Source of the DNA: Methanomassiliicoccales archaeon
GTDB lineage: Archaea; Thermoplasmatota; Thermoplasmata; Methanomassiliicoccales; JAAEEP01
DNA length: 64,000 bases
Direction: 5' to 3'
Assembly: GCA_046540255.1 (NCBI GenBank)
Contig: JBKHFJ010000010.1
Location: 2,928-66,927, forward strand
Shown here: positions 47,868 through 57,668 of the stretch, piece by piece
Position numbering within the stretch: position 1 is the stretch's first letter
Layout: every line of letters starts with the position of its first letter
Translations under genes and position numbers: made by a program
Notes under the pieces: generated by a model
What the model saw: the letters and a program-made list of their open reading frames with translations, nothing else
Told to the model about the DNA's origin: nothing
Databases searched by the model: none

Positions 47868-50800
47868 CCCCTATGTGGTCCCCCCTGGACCTCCTGATGG
47901 CCCCCACGGTGGCATTGGCCCCCTGTATGGTGGTGATGAAGGGGATCTCCAGCTCCACGGCCAGGCGGCGCATCATGTAGCCGTCCCTGCGGGAACCGGA
48001 GCTCTCGGTGGGGGTGTTGATGATCAGGTCCACCTGACCGTCCCGCATCAGTCCCAGCGCGTCCGGGGCCATGTTCTCCGATATGCGGTACACGGTGGTC
48101 GTTTCCAGTCCGTTCTCCCTGAGGAAGGTGGAGGTGCCCTTGGTGGCGTATATCTTGAACCCCATGTCCCTCAGTTGCCCGGCGATGGGAAGTATCTTCT
48201 CCTTGGTCGCGTCGCTCACGGTGATGTACACGCTCCCCTCTGCGGGAAGCTTGTGCCCGGCGGAGACCAGGGCCTTGTAGCAGGCGGCCTCGTAGTCATG
48301 GTCGATGCCCATGACCTCCCCGGTGCTCTTCATCTCCGGACCCAGAATGCTGTCCACTCCGGGGAGCTTCAGGAAGGGGAAGACCGAGGACTTGACCGTG
48401 ACGTGGTCGCACTCCATCCTGCCCACGTACCCCATCTCCCTCAGGGTCCGACCGAGCATCACCTTGGTGGCCAGCTTGGCCAACGGGACGCCGATGGCCT
48501 TGGAGATCAGCGGTACGGTCCTGGAGGCCCTGGGGTTGGCCTCCAGCATGTACACCTCGTTGTCCTTCACGGCCAGCTGCAAATTCATCAGGCCCCGGAT
48601 GTTCAGCTCCCTGGCCACCCGGTCGGTGATCTCCTCTATGCGCTCCACGATCTCGGGGGAAACGGTCTGCGGGGGCAGCACCATGGTCGCATCCCCCGAG
48701 TGTACGCCGGCCTCCTCGATGTGCTCCAGTATGCCCCCGATGAACACGTCCTGGCCGTCGGCCACCACGTCCACGTCGATCTCCACCGCGTGGGACAGGT
48801 ACTTGTCGATCAGGATGGGATGGTCCCTGGAGACCTTGACCGCCGAGGCCACGTAGGTCTCCAGCTCCTCCTCGTTGTAAACGATCTCCATGGCTCTTCC
48901 GCCCAAGACGTAGGAGGGGCGGACCAGCACCGGGTAGCCTATCCCGGAGGCGATGTCTTTCACCTCCTCGAAGGAGTGGCCGGTGCCGAAGTCCGCTTGC
49001 CTGACACCGATATCGTCCATCATGGAGGAGAAGAGGCGCCGGTCCTCCGCCACGTCCATCTTGTGCGGCAGGGTGCCCAGCACCTCGGCCTTCTTCCCTT
49101 CCAGCGCCCGCTCCAGGTCCACCGCCAGGTTCACCGCGGTCTGACCGCCGAACTGGAGTATCACCCCGTCCGCGTCCTCCTTCTCTATGACGTTAAGGAC
49201 GTCATCCAGGGTCAAGGGCTCGAAGTAGAGGCGGTCGGAGATGTCGTAGTCCGTGGACACGGTCTCCGGGTTGTTGTTCACGATGATGGCGTCCACGCCC
49301 TCCTCCTGCAGGGCCATCACCCCGTGCACGCAGCAGTAGTCGAACTCGATCCCCTGGCCGATCCTGATCGGACCGCCGCCGACGATCACCACCTTCCTGT
49401 TGTCCGAGGGCCGGGACTCGCAGCTGCTCTCGTAGGTGGAGTAGAAGTAGGGGGTCTCGGCCTCGAACTCTGCCGCGCAGGTGTCCACCATCTTGTAGGT
49501 GGGGAGGATGCCAGCCTCCTTCCTGGCCGCCCGCACCTCCTCCTGGTCCCTGCCGGTAAAGGAGGCGATGATCTGATCGGAGTACCCCAGCCTCTTCGCC
49601 CTTCTCAGGGTGGAAGGCTCCAGACCCCGATCCATCAGCTCCCCCTCCATGTCCAGCAGGTTCCGTATCTTCATCAGGTAGAAGGGGTCCCAGCCGGTCA
49701 TCCCCGCCACTTGATGGATACCCATTCCCCGCCTCAGGGCCTCGGCGATGGCGAACAGCCTCATGTCGGTGGGATTGCACAGCTCCTCCTCGATCTCCTC
49801 CAGGGGCCAGTCCAGGGGGTCCAGCCCCATCTGGTCGATCTCCAGGGAGCGGATGGCCTTCATGATGGCCTCCTCCAGGGACCGGCCGATGGACATCACC
49901 TCCCCGGTGCTCTTCATCTGGGTGGTGATCACCCGGTCCACCGTGCGGAACTTGTCGAACGGCCACCTGGGGATCTTCAGCACCACGTAGTCCAGGGAGG
50001 GCTCGAAGGCCGCGTAGGTCTTCCCGGTGATGCGGTTGGGGATCTCGTCCAGCGTCTTTCCCACCGCGATCTTGGCGGCCACCCTGGCTATGGGGTAGCC
50101 GGTGGCCTTGGAGGCCAGGGCGGAGGACCTGGACACGCGGGGGTTGACCTCGATCACCCGGTACTCTCTGGTATCCGGATCGAAGGCGAACTGGATGTTG
50201 CATCCCCCCTCGATGCCCAGGGCCCGGATGATCTTTATGGCGGCCGTCCTCAGGCGCTGGTGGTCCTTGTCGTTCAGCGTTTGAGCGGGAGCAACCACGA
50301 TGCTCTCCCCGGTGTGGATGCCCATGGCGTCCAGGTTCTCCATCGAGCAGATGGTGATGCAGTTGTCCTTCCCGTCCCGCATCACCTCGTACTCGTACTC
50401 CTTCCATCCCAGGACGGACTCCTCGATGAGCACCTGGTGGATGCGGGAGTAGATCAGCCCCCGGCCGGCGATGGCGAACAGCTCCTCCCGGTCGTGGGCC
50501 ACCCCGCCCCCGGTGCCTCCCAGCGTGTAGGCCGGTCTCACCAGGACGGGGTAGCCGCCCACCTCCTCCACCGCCTTGATGGCCTCGTCGACCGACGAGC
50601 AGGTGACGCTCATGGGGATGGGCTCGTCGATCTCCAGCATCTTCCCCCGGAACAGCTCCCGGTCCTCGGAGAGGGCGATGGCCTCCGGCTGGGTCCCCAG
50701 CAGTCTCACACCCAGCCTGTCCAGGGTGCCGTCCTCGGCCAGCTCGGAGCAGATGTTCAGCGCCGTCTGGCCGCCCATGCCGGACAGTATGCCGTCCACC

Positions 50801-51033
50801 CGCTCCTTCTTCAGTATCTCGGCCACCGTCTCGGCGGACAGCGGCTCGATGTAGACGGTGTCGGCCATCTCATGATCTGTCTGGATGGTGGCCGGGTTGG
50901 AGTTGACCAGCACGGTGTGGTACCCCTCCTCCCTGAGCGACTGGCAGGCCTGGGAACCGGAGAAGTCGAACTCGGCCGCCTGCCCGATCACGATGGGGCC
51001 GGAACCGATCACCATGAGCTTCCCCAGTTTCAT
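47815..51033 (-). CDS. carB: carbamoyl-phosphate synthase large subunit
   Basis: GSGPIVIGQAAEFD, NSNPATIQTD, GIHTGES, EVNPRVSRSSALASKATG, duplicated ATP-grasp, MGS domain; start adjusted to 51033. Confidence 0.98.
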   Translation of the reverse strand: MKLGKLMVIGSGPIVIGQAAEFDFSGSQACQSLREEGYHTVLVNSNPATIQTDHEMADTVYIEPLSAETVAEILKKERVDGILSGMGGQTALNICSELAEDGTLDRLGVRLLGTQPEAIALSEDRELFRGKMLEIDEPIPMSVTCSSVDEAIKAVEEVGGYPVLVRPAYTLGGTGGGVAHDREELFAIAGRGLIYSRIHQVLIEESVLGWKEYEYEVMRDGKDNCITICSMENLDAMGIHTGESIVVAPAQTLNDKDHQRLRTAAIKIIRALGIEGGCNIQFAFDPDTREYRVIEVNPRVSRSSALASKATGYPIARVAAKIAVGKTLDEIPNRITGKTYAAFEPSLDYVVLKIPRWPFDKFRTVDRVITTQMKSTGEVMSIGRSLEEAIMKAIRSLEIDQMGLDPLDWPLEEIEEELCNPTDMRLFAIAEALRRGMGIHQVAGMTGWDPFYLMKIRNLLDMEGELMDRGLEPSTLRRAKRLGYSDQIIASFTGRDQEEVRAARKEAGILPTYKMVDTCAAEFEAETPYFYSTYESSCESRPSDNRKVVIVGGGPIRIGQGIEFDYCCVHGVMALQEEGVDAIIVNNNPETVSTDYDISDRLYFEPLTLDDVLNVIEKEDADGVILQFGGQTAVNLAVDLERALEGKKAEVLGTLPHKMDVAEDRRLFSSMMDDIGVRQADFGTGHSFEEVKDIASGIGYPVLVRPSYVLGGRAMEIVYNEEELETYVASAVKVSRDHPILIDKYLSHAVEIDVDVVADGQDVFIGGILEHIEEAGVHSGDATMVLPPQTVSPEIVERIEEITDRVARELNIRGLMNLQLAVKDNEVYMLEANPRASRTVPLISKAIGVPLAKLATKVMLGRTLREMGYVGRMECDHVTVKSSVFPFLKLPGVDSILGPEMKSTGEVMGIDHDYEAACYKALVSAGHKLPAEGSVYITVSDATKEKILPIAGQLRDMGFKIYATKGTSTFLRENGLETTTVYRISENMAPDALGLMRDGQVDLIINTPTESSGSRRDGYMMRRLAVELEIPFITTIQGANATVGAIRRSRGDHIGVSDLASFHCEPRSRSGR

Positions 51034-52109
51034 TGGTCCCCCTCCAACATCTCCGCGAAGTCGTCGAACAGGAAGGCGGTGTCCCCCGGTCCGGGGGACA
51101 CCTCCGGATGGTACTGGGCGGTGAAGATGGGCAGCTCCCGGTGCCTCACCCCCTCCACCGTCCCGTCGTTCACGTTGAACTGGTTGGCCACCAGTTCCGA
51201 CCCCTCCAGAGACTCCTCCTTCACCGCGTACCCGTGGTTCTGGGAGGTGATGAACACCTTGCCGTCGAAGCGGACCGGCTGGTTGGCCCCCCGGTGCCCG
51301 AACTTGAGCTTGTAGGTCTCCCCCCCGAATGCCAGGGAGATCAGCTGGTTGCCCATGCACACCCCCATGATGGGGTAGTCCTCCTTGATCGCCCTCAAGG
51401 TCTGGACCGTCGAATCCAGCAACCCTGGATGGGACGGGTCCCCCGGTCCGTTGGAGACCACCACGCCGTCCACCCCCTCCTCCCGAAGGAGGCCGGGGGT
51501 GGCGTCGAACGGCACCTGGACCACGGAGAACCTCCTGCGAAGCTCGCGCACGATGTTGGCCTTGGTGCCGCAGTCGATCAGGGCCACCTTGCTTGCGCCC
51601 TCCCGCGGATAGCGGATCACCCGATCGGTGGAGACCTCGGCCACCAGGTTCCTCTCGGCCGGGTAGGGCATGGACCTCACCTCCTCCAGGACAGAGTCGA
51701 TGTCCCGGTCGAAGGTGATCGCGCCCCTCAGGGTACCGTGCTCCCTGATCCCGATGATCAGGGCCCGGGTGTCCACCTCGGAGATGCCAGGTACCGCGTT
51801 CTGGTGGAGGAAGGTGTGTATCGACTCCTCGGTGTACATCCTGGAAGGGAAGGTACAGTTCTCCCGGACCACGTAGCCGTTCACCTGGACCCGGGGGGAT
51901 TCGAGGTCGATGGAGTTAACGCCGTAGTTGCCTATGAGCGGGTAGGACATGATCAGTATCTGTCCTCTGTAGGAGGGATCGGTGAGGCTCTCCTGGTAGC
52001 CGGTCATCCCGGTGGTGAAGACGACCTCTCCGAAGGTGGTTCTCTCAAAACCAAAGCCAGTGCCCTCCATTACGGTCCCGTCTTCGAGGATCAGGAAGCA
52101 CTGCGCCAT
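51030..52109 (-). CDS. carA: carbamoyl-phosphate synthase small subunit
   Basis: GEVVFTTGMTGYQE.LTDPSY, SNGPGDP, GVCMG, GHRGANQP, QNHGY, QYHPE; start adjusted to 52109. Confidence 0.97.
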   Translation of the reverse strand: MAQCFLILEDGTVMEGTGFGFERTTFGEVVFTTGMTGYQESLTDPSYRGQILIMSYPLIGNYGVNSIDLESPRVQVNGYVVRENCTFPSRMYTEESIHTFLHQNAVPGISEVDTRALIIGIREHGTLRGAITFDRDIDSVLEEVRSMPYPAERNLVAEVSTDRVIRYPREGASKVALIDCGTKANIVRELRRRFSVVQVPFDATPGLLREEGVDGVVVSNGPGDPSHPGLLDSTVQTLRAIKEDYPIMGVCMGNQLISLAFGGETYKLKFGHRGANQPVRFDGKVFITSQNHGYAVKEESLEGSELVANQFNVNDGTVEGVRHRELPIFTAQYHPEVSPGPGDTAFLFDDFAEMLEGDQ

Positions 52110-52250
52110 CAGAGATTCGAGGTAAAGGTACAGGGTACTTAATTCTTTTTGACGGACCGGGACAATGGGCCCCGGCGGTTGTTTGAGAGAGGACAATCCA
52201 GCGGTCCAGGGCCAAAGGTAGAAGTAACCTCAGGTGGATTGGCGCCCTCC

Positions 52251-53288
52251 ATGAAGATACTCCACCAGGACACCAGGACGGGGGAGATCAAGGTGCAGCT
52301 GGATACCCTGGACGACCTGTGGCACCTGTACAATATCGTCTCCCCGGGCGATCTGGTGGTGGCGGTGACCCAGCGGAGGGAGGAGGGGAAGAGCGACAAG
52401 CTCCGGTCCGAGAGGGGGGAGAAGAAGCGGATGAGGCTGGGCCTCCGGGCGGAGAAGGTGGAGTTCCACGAGTTCGACGACAGGCTGCGCATCCTCGGTG
52501 TCATAGAGACCGGGCCGCAGGACCTGGGGTCCTACCACACCTTCAACCTGACCGGGGGGGACACCGTCACCGTGGTCAAGGAGGCCTGGCCCGAGTCCCA
52601 GCTGAAGAGGCTGAGGCGGGCGGTGGAGGAGTCCAAGCGCCCCAGGATGCTGTTCGTCTCCCTGGAGTACGACGAGGCGGTCCTGGTCTCCATGCGACAG
52701 TTCGGGCTGCAGGAGGTGGCCCGCATCCACGCCTCCACCTCGGGAAAGATGTACGAGGAGAGGGAGGAGGACGGGTACTACGACGAGATCGTGAACAAGG
52801 TGCTGCAGACCATGGAGGAAGGTGTTCCTTTGGTACTCCTCGGACCCGGGTTCGCCAAGGAGCACCTGCTCGCCCGGGGAAAGGAGATGGCCCCCGAGAT
52901 GTTTGCCCGGGCCCACGTATTCCACACCGGCCAGGCGGGGATGGCCGGGGTGAAGGAGCTGATGAAGAGGGGGATCGGCTCCGAGGTGCTGGAGGACTAC
53001 CGGGTGGCCCAGGAGATGAGGCTGATGGAGCGCGTCCTGGAGGAGATCAGCAAGGACGGTCTGGTGGCCTACGGTCCCAGGGAGGTGGAGCTGGCCGTCC
53101 AGATGGGTGCGGTGGAGACCCTGCTGGTCCTGGACTCCCTGGTCAGGAGGAAGGACCTGGACCAGCTGATGAGGCTGGTGGAGGAGGCCCAGGGCACCGT
53201 GGTGGTGATGAGCGAGCGGCACGACGCCGGACAGGAGCTGGAGTCCCTGGGCGGTATGGCCGCCCTGCTGCGGTACGCGATCGGATGA
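52251..53288 (+). CDS. pelA: mRNA surveillance protein pelota (Dom34)
   Basis: DDLWHLYNI, LRILG.I, YHT, GPGFAK, GAVETLL, LGG.AALLRY; start adjusted to 52251. Confidence 0.95.
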   Translation: MKILHQDTRTGEIKVQLDTLDDLWHLYNIVSPGDLVVAVTQRREEGKSDKLRSERGEKKRMRLGLRAEKVEFHEFDDRLRILGVIETGPQDLGSYHTFNLTGGDTVTVVKEAWPESQLKRLRRAVEESKRPRMLFVSLEYDEAVLVSMRQFGLQEVARIHASTSGKMYEEREEDGYYDEIVNKVLQTMEEGVPLVLLGPGFAKEHLLARGKEMAPEMFARAHVFHTGQAGMAGVKELMKRGIGSEVLEDYRVAQEMRLMERVLEEISKDGLVAYGPREVELAVQMGAVETLLVLDSLVRRKDLDQLMRLVEEAQGTVVVMSERHDAGQELESLGGMAALLRYAIG

Positions 53289-53456
53289 CCCTGGACTCCG
53301 AAACCATTTAGTACCGATGTCCATATTTCATAGCAGGGTTCGTCATCTTATTATGTGGATCGATGAGGGACCGGTCTGTGGATTGGGAATTGGATGGAAC
53401 AGGTCGACCTAGGGTCAACGGGCTCTTTATCGGAGGATGAATAGGAAGGGATCAGG

Positions 53457-54635
53457 ATGGTAAGTTACGATGAACTGATGGCCAAGCTGGAGAAGCATCC
53501 CCTGAACATCTGTGACACCACCCTCAGGGACGGGGAGCAGGCGGCCGGGATAGTCTTCGCCAACCTGGAGAAGATCCGGATAGCCAAGCTACTGGATGAG
53601 GTGAACGTGCAGCAGCTGGAGGTGGGCATACCGGCCATGGGAGGGGACGAGGCGGACACCATAAAGAAGATCGTCTCCCTGGACCTTGACGCCTCCATCC
53701 TGGGGTGGAACCGGGCCTCGGTGGAGGACATCGATCACAGCCTGGACTGCGGGGTGGACTCGGTGGCCATATCCATGTCCTCCTCGGAGGTGCACATCGA
53801 GCACAAGCTGAGGAAGAGCAAGGAGTGGGTCCTGGAGAGGCTGGTGGAGTCCATAGAGTACGCGAAGGACCACGGCCTGTACGTCTCGGCGAACGCCGAG
53901 GACGCCTCCCGGGCGGACAAGGAGTACCTGATCAAGTTCGCCCAGAACGCCAAGCAGGCCGGCGCCGACAGGCTCAGGTACTGCGACACGCTGGGCATAC
54001 TGGAGCCCAGGCGGACCTTCGAGACCATCAAGGTGCTGGTGGACTACGTCCGCATCCCGGTGGAGATGCACACCCACAACGACTTCGGCATGGCCACCGC
54101 CAACGCCATCGCCGGCGTGCGGGGCGGGGCCAACTTCATCTCCACCACCGTGCTGGGTATCGGAGAGCGCACCGGGAACAGCCCCCTGGAGGAGGTGATC
54201 ATGGCCGCCAAGCACCTGCTGAACGTGGACACCGGCATAGACACCACCCGCTTCCGGGAGCTGGCCGAGTACGTGGCCCGCGCCTCCAACAGAAGCATCC
54301 CGGACTGGAAGCCGATCGTGGGCTCCAACTGCTTCGCCCACGAGGCGGGCATCCACACCGACGGGGTGATGAAGTTCCTGAGCACCTACGAGCCCTACTC
54401 GCCCGAGGAAGTGGGGATGGAGAGGAAGATCATCATCGGGAAGCATTCGGGCAGGTCGACGATCAAGCAGGTGCTCAAGTCCAAGGGCGTCGAGGTCTCC
54501 GACGAGGACGCCGAGGCCATCATGGAGATCGTTAGGAAGACCTCGGTCTCCCTGAAGAGGTCCCTATCCGAGAACGAGCTGCTCTACATTTACCAGGACT
54601 ACAAGGAGGGCCTGTTCGAGGCCCTGGAGGAGTGA
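53457..54635 (+). CDS. nifV: homocitrate synthase (NifV/AksA-like DRE-TIM acyltransferase)
   Basis: DTTLRDGEQ, EDASRAD, HTHNDFGMATAN, GERTGN, HEAGIH, GKHSG; no LeuA regulatory domain. Confidence 0.8.
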   Translation: MVSYDELMAKLEKHPLNICDTTLRDGEQAAGIVFANLEKIRIAKLLDEVNVQQLEVGIPAMGGDEADTIKKIVSLDLDASILGWNRASVEDIDHSLDCGVDSVAISMSSSEVHIEHKLRKSKEWVLERLVESIEYAKDHGLYVSANAEDASRADKEYLIKFAQNAKQAGADRLRYCDTLGILEPRRTFETIKVLVDYVRIPVEMHTHNDFGMATANAIAGVRGGANFISTTVLGIGERTGNSPLEEVIMAAKHLLNVDTGIDTTRFRELAEYVARASNRSIPDWKPIVGSNCFAHEAGIHTDGVMKFLSTYEPYSPEEVGMERKIIIGKHSGRSTIKQVLKSKGVEVSDEDAEAIMEIVRKTSVSLKRSLSENELLYIYQDYKEGLFEALEE

Positions 54636-55891
54636 CCATGGGGACCATTTCGGAAGAGATACTCACCGATCACGTGGGTGAGCGGGTGGAGGCCGGGCAG
54701 ATCGTGATCTCCCCGGTGGACTTCACCATGTCCCAGGACGGGACCACCCCCCTCACCATAATGTCCTTCAACAACATGCAGGGCAAGGAGTTCAAGGATC
54801 CGGACCGTTACGCGGTGGTCATCGATCACAACGCGCCCAGCCCGCTGGAGGGCGTCTCCAACCTGCACGCGCAGATGAGGGACTTCGCCAACCGATACGG
54901 GGGCATCCTCTACGACATCGGCGCCGGGGTCTGCCACCAGCTGCTGCCGGAGCAGGGACACGTCCTCCCTGGAGAGGTGGTGATCGGGGCGGACTCCCAC
55001 ACCTGCACCTACGGCGCCCTGAACTGTTTCGCCACCGGGGTGGGATCGACCGACCTGGCCGCCGCGGTGGTCTCCGGCCAGACCTGGTTCAAGGTCCCGC
55101 AGACCATCAAGCTGGTCTACCACGGTTCGCTGCAGGCCGGGGTCTACTCCAAGGACGTGGCCCTCCACATGGTCCGCTCCCTGACCGCCAGGGGTGCGAC
55201 CTACAAGGCCCTGGAGCTGTACGGGGAGGTTCTCGACTCCCTCTCGGTGGAGGCCAGGATGACCATCTCCAACATGGCGGTGGAGACCGGGGCCAAGGTG
55301 GGACTGATGCGCTGCGACGGGAAGGTGGACGACTACCTGGCGAACAGGGCGACCAGGGATTACAAGGGGGTGGCGGCCACCCAGGACGCCGAGTACGAGA
55401 GGGTGATGGAGGAGGACCTCTCCGACCTTCCCCCTCTGGTGGCGAAGCCCCACCAGGTGGACAACGTGGCCGAGGTGGACGAGCTGGTGGGCCTGGACAT
55501 CGACCAGGTGTTCATAGGCACCTGCACCAACGGCCGACTGGAGGACCTGACCGTGGCGGCCGACATCCTCTCCGGGGAGAGGGTTGACCCCGAGACCAGG
55601 GTCATAGTGGCCCCGGCATCCAGGGAGATCCTCCTCCGGGCTTCGGAGAGCGGCGTGCTGGACATCCTGGTCAAGTCCGGGGCATGCGTCATTCCCCCCG
55701 GTTGCGGGCCCTGCGTGGGCACCTGCAACGGCATTCCCTCGGACGACGAGGTCGTCCTGTCCACGGCCAACCGCAACTTCAAGGGGAGGATGGGCAACCG
55801 GACGGCCGAGATCTACCTGGCCAGCCCGGCCACGGCCGCGGCCTCCGCCATCGAGGGCAAGCTGATGGATCCCAGGGAGGTGATGGCGTGA
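54632..55891 (+). CDS. leuC: homoaconitase / isopropylmalate dehydratase large subunit
   Basis: DHN, GVCHQ, GADSHTCTYG, IGTCTNGR, GCGPC.G, NRNFKGRMG. Confidence 0.88.
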   Translation: MTMGTISEEILTDHVGERVEAGQIVISPVDFTMSQDGTTPLTIMSFNNMQGKEFKDPDRYAVVIDHNAPSPLEGVSNLHAQMRDFANRYGGILYDIGAGVCHQLLPEQGHVLPGEVVIGADSHTCTYGALNCFATGVGSTDLAAAVVSGQTWFKVPQTIKLVYHGSLQAGVYSKDVALHMVRSLTARGATYKALELYGEVLDSLSVEARMTISNMAVETGAKVGLMRCDGKVDDYLANRATRDYKGVAATQDAEYERVMEEDLSDLPPLVAKPHQVDNVAEVDELVGLDIDQVFIGTCTNGRLEDLTVAADILSGERVDPETRVIVAPASREILLRASESGVLDILVKSGACVIPPGCGPCVGTCNGIPSDDEVVLSTANRNFKGRMGNRTAEIYLASPATAAASAIEGKLMDPREVMA

Positions 55892-56385
55892 AGAAGCTGT
55901 ACGGAAGGACCCACAAGTTCGGGGACGATGTGAACACCGACTACATCATCTCCGGCAAGTACAAGTTCAAGACCCTGGACATGGGGGAGCTCTCCCAGCA
56001 TCTGATGGAGGATCTCCGGCCGAACTTCGCCGAGGAGATCGAGTCGGGGGACTTCATCGTGGCAGGGGAGAACTTCGGCAGCGGATCCAGCCGGGAGCAG
56101 GCCCCACTGGTGATCCAGGCGGCCGGCATCGGTGCGGTGCTGGCCAAATCCTTTGCGCGCATCTTCTTCCGGAACGCCATCAACGTCGGCCTGCCTGTGG
56201 TGGAGTGCGACACCACCATGATGGAGGAGGGGGACGAGCTGCAGATCGACCTGGAGAGGGGCTGGGTGAGGAACATCACCAAGGACATCCAGGTGTCGAC
56301 CACGCCGCTCCCCCCGGTGATGGTGGACATACTGAGCTCCGGGGGGCTGTGCGCGTACCTGCGCGAGAAGGGCAGATTGGAGTGA
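55888..56385 (+). CDS. leuD: homoaconitase / isopropylmalate dehydratase small subunit
   Basis: FGDDVNTD.II, NFGSGSSREQA, SFARIF.RN; GTG start at 55888. Confidence 0.88.
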   Translation: MKKLYGRTHKFGDDVNTDYIISGKYKFKTLDMGELSQHLMEDLRPNFAEEIESGDFIVAGENFGSGSSREQAPLVIQAAGIGAVLAKSFARIFFRNAINVGLPVVECDTTMMEEGDELQIDLERGWVRNITKDIQVSTTPLPPVMVDILSSGGLCAYLREKGRLE

Positions 56386-56391
56386 ATTCTC

Positions 56392-57594
56392 ATGGATCAA
56401 GAGGTCATTGACAAGGCGAAGGAGCATTTCGGCAAGCTGGTGGCCAAGCAGCTGGAGCGTGTGGAGGCCATGAAGGCCGACCCCGGCTGGGTGGATTACC
56501 ACAGCAAGGACAGGATCGTCATCGGCATCGTGGGCGGGGACGGCATCGGCCCCTACATCTGCGAGCACGCCCAGCGCATCCTGGAGTTCCTGCTCCGGGA
56601 GGAGATCGAGCGCGACCGGATAGAGATCCGGGTGATCGAGGGCATGACCATCGAGGACCGCGTAAAGGTCATGCAGGCCATCCCGGACGATGTGGTGGAG
56701 GAGCTGAAGAAGTGCGACGTGATCCTCAAGGGACCGACCACCACCCCCAAGAAGGGGGACGAGTGGCCCAACATCGAGAGTGCGAACGTGGCCATGCGTA
56801 AGATACTGGACCTGTTCGCCAATGTGCGGCCGGTCCGCGTGTCTGAGGAGGGCATCGACTGGATGTTCTTCCGGGAGAACACTGAGGGGGCGTACATGCT
56901 GGGATCCGAGGGCATCCAGGTGACCGACGACCTGTGCGTGGACTTCAAGGTCACCACCCTGCAGGGGTCGGAGCGCATCATACGGCTGGCGTTCGACTAT
57001 GCGAAGGAGAATGGCTACAGCAAGGTCACGGTGGTGACCAAGGCCAACGTGGTCAAGGCCACCGACGGCATGTTCCTGGAGGTGGCGGAGAGGGTGGCGA
57101 AGGACTACCCGGGGATCGAGTGGGACGACTGGTTCATCGACATCATGACCGCCAAGCTGATCGATCCCAACCGCAGACAGCAGTTCCAGGTGATGGTCCT
57201 GCCCAACCTGTACGGGGACATCCTGACCGACGAGGCGGCCCAGATGCAGGGAGGCGTGGGCACCGCCGGCGCTGCGAACATCGGCACGAGGCACGCCATG
57301 TTCGAGGCCATCCACGGCTCCGCCCCCAGGATGGTGGACGAGGGCAGGGCGCAGTACGCCGACCCGTCCTCGATGATCAAGGCGGCCGCAATGCTGCTGG
57401 AGCACATCGGGTACAAGGAGGAGTCCAGGAGGCTGGGGTACGCCCTGGACGTCTGCGGTCAGTACGAGAGGAGGGTGAAGCTCACCGGCCGTTCCGACGG
57501 CGGCACCGGCGCGGAGTACGCCGAGTACATCATGGAGACCGTGCAGGACCCGGATCTGGAGGAGAAGTGGAGATCCTACCAGAAGGCCGGGTAG
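56392..57594 (+). CDS. isocitrate/homoisocitrate dehydrogenase family
   Basis: GDGIGP, LKGP..TP, S.NV.MR, RENTEG.Y, KANV, NLYGDI, FEAIHGSAP. Confidence 0.9.
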   Translation: MDQEVIDKAKEHFGKLVAKQLERVEAMKADPGWVDYHSKDRIVIGIVGGDGIGPYICEHAQRILEFLLREEIERDRIEIRVIEGMTIEDRVKVMQAIPDDVVEELKKCDVILKGPTTTPKKGDEWPNIESANVAMRKILDLFANVRPVRVSEEGIDWMFFRENTEGAYMLGSEGIQVTDDLCVDFKVTTLQGSERIIRLAFDYAKENGYSKVTVVTKANVVKATDGMFLEVAERVAKDYPGIEWDDWFIDIMTAKLIDPNRRQQFQVMVLPNLYGDILTDEAAQMQGGVGTAGAANIGTRHAMFEAIHGSAPRMVDEGRAQYADPSSMIKAAAMLLEHIGYKEESRRLGYALDVCGQYERRVKLTGRSDGGTGAEYAEYIMETVQDPDLEEKWRSYQKAG

Positions 57595-57668
57595 GCCCTC
57601 AGGAACCCATTAAAAAACCCTCTCACCCTTTATCATCTGTCTATAGAGAGTGAACGGGATCGGCACGA

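Noticed and set aside
47845-51315. Very long antisense or alternative-frame ORFs (e.g. 1156 aa opposite carB; also 19772-21760, 4323-6446, 25105-26820)
   Set aside because: Shadow ORFs expected from high GC3 codon bias; they overlap well-supported genes and have no recognisable motifs.
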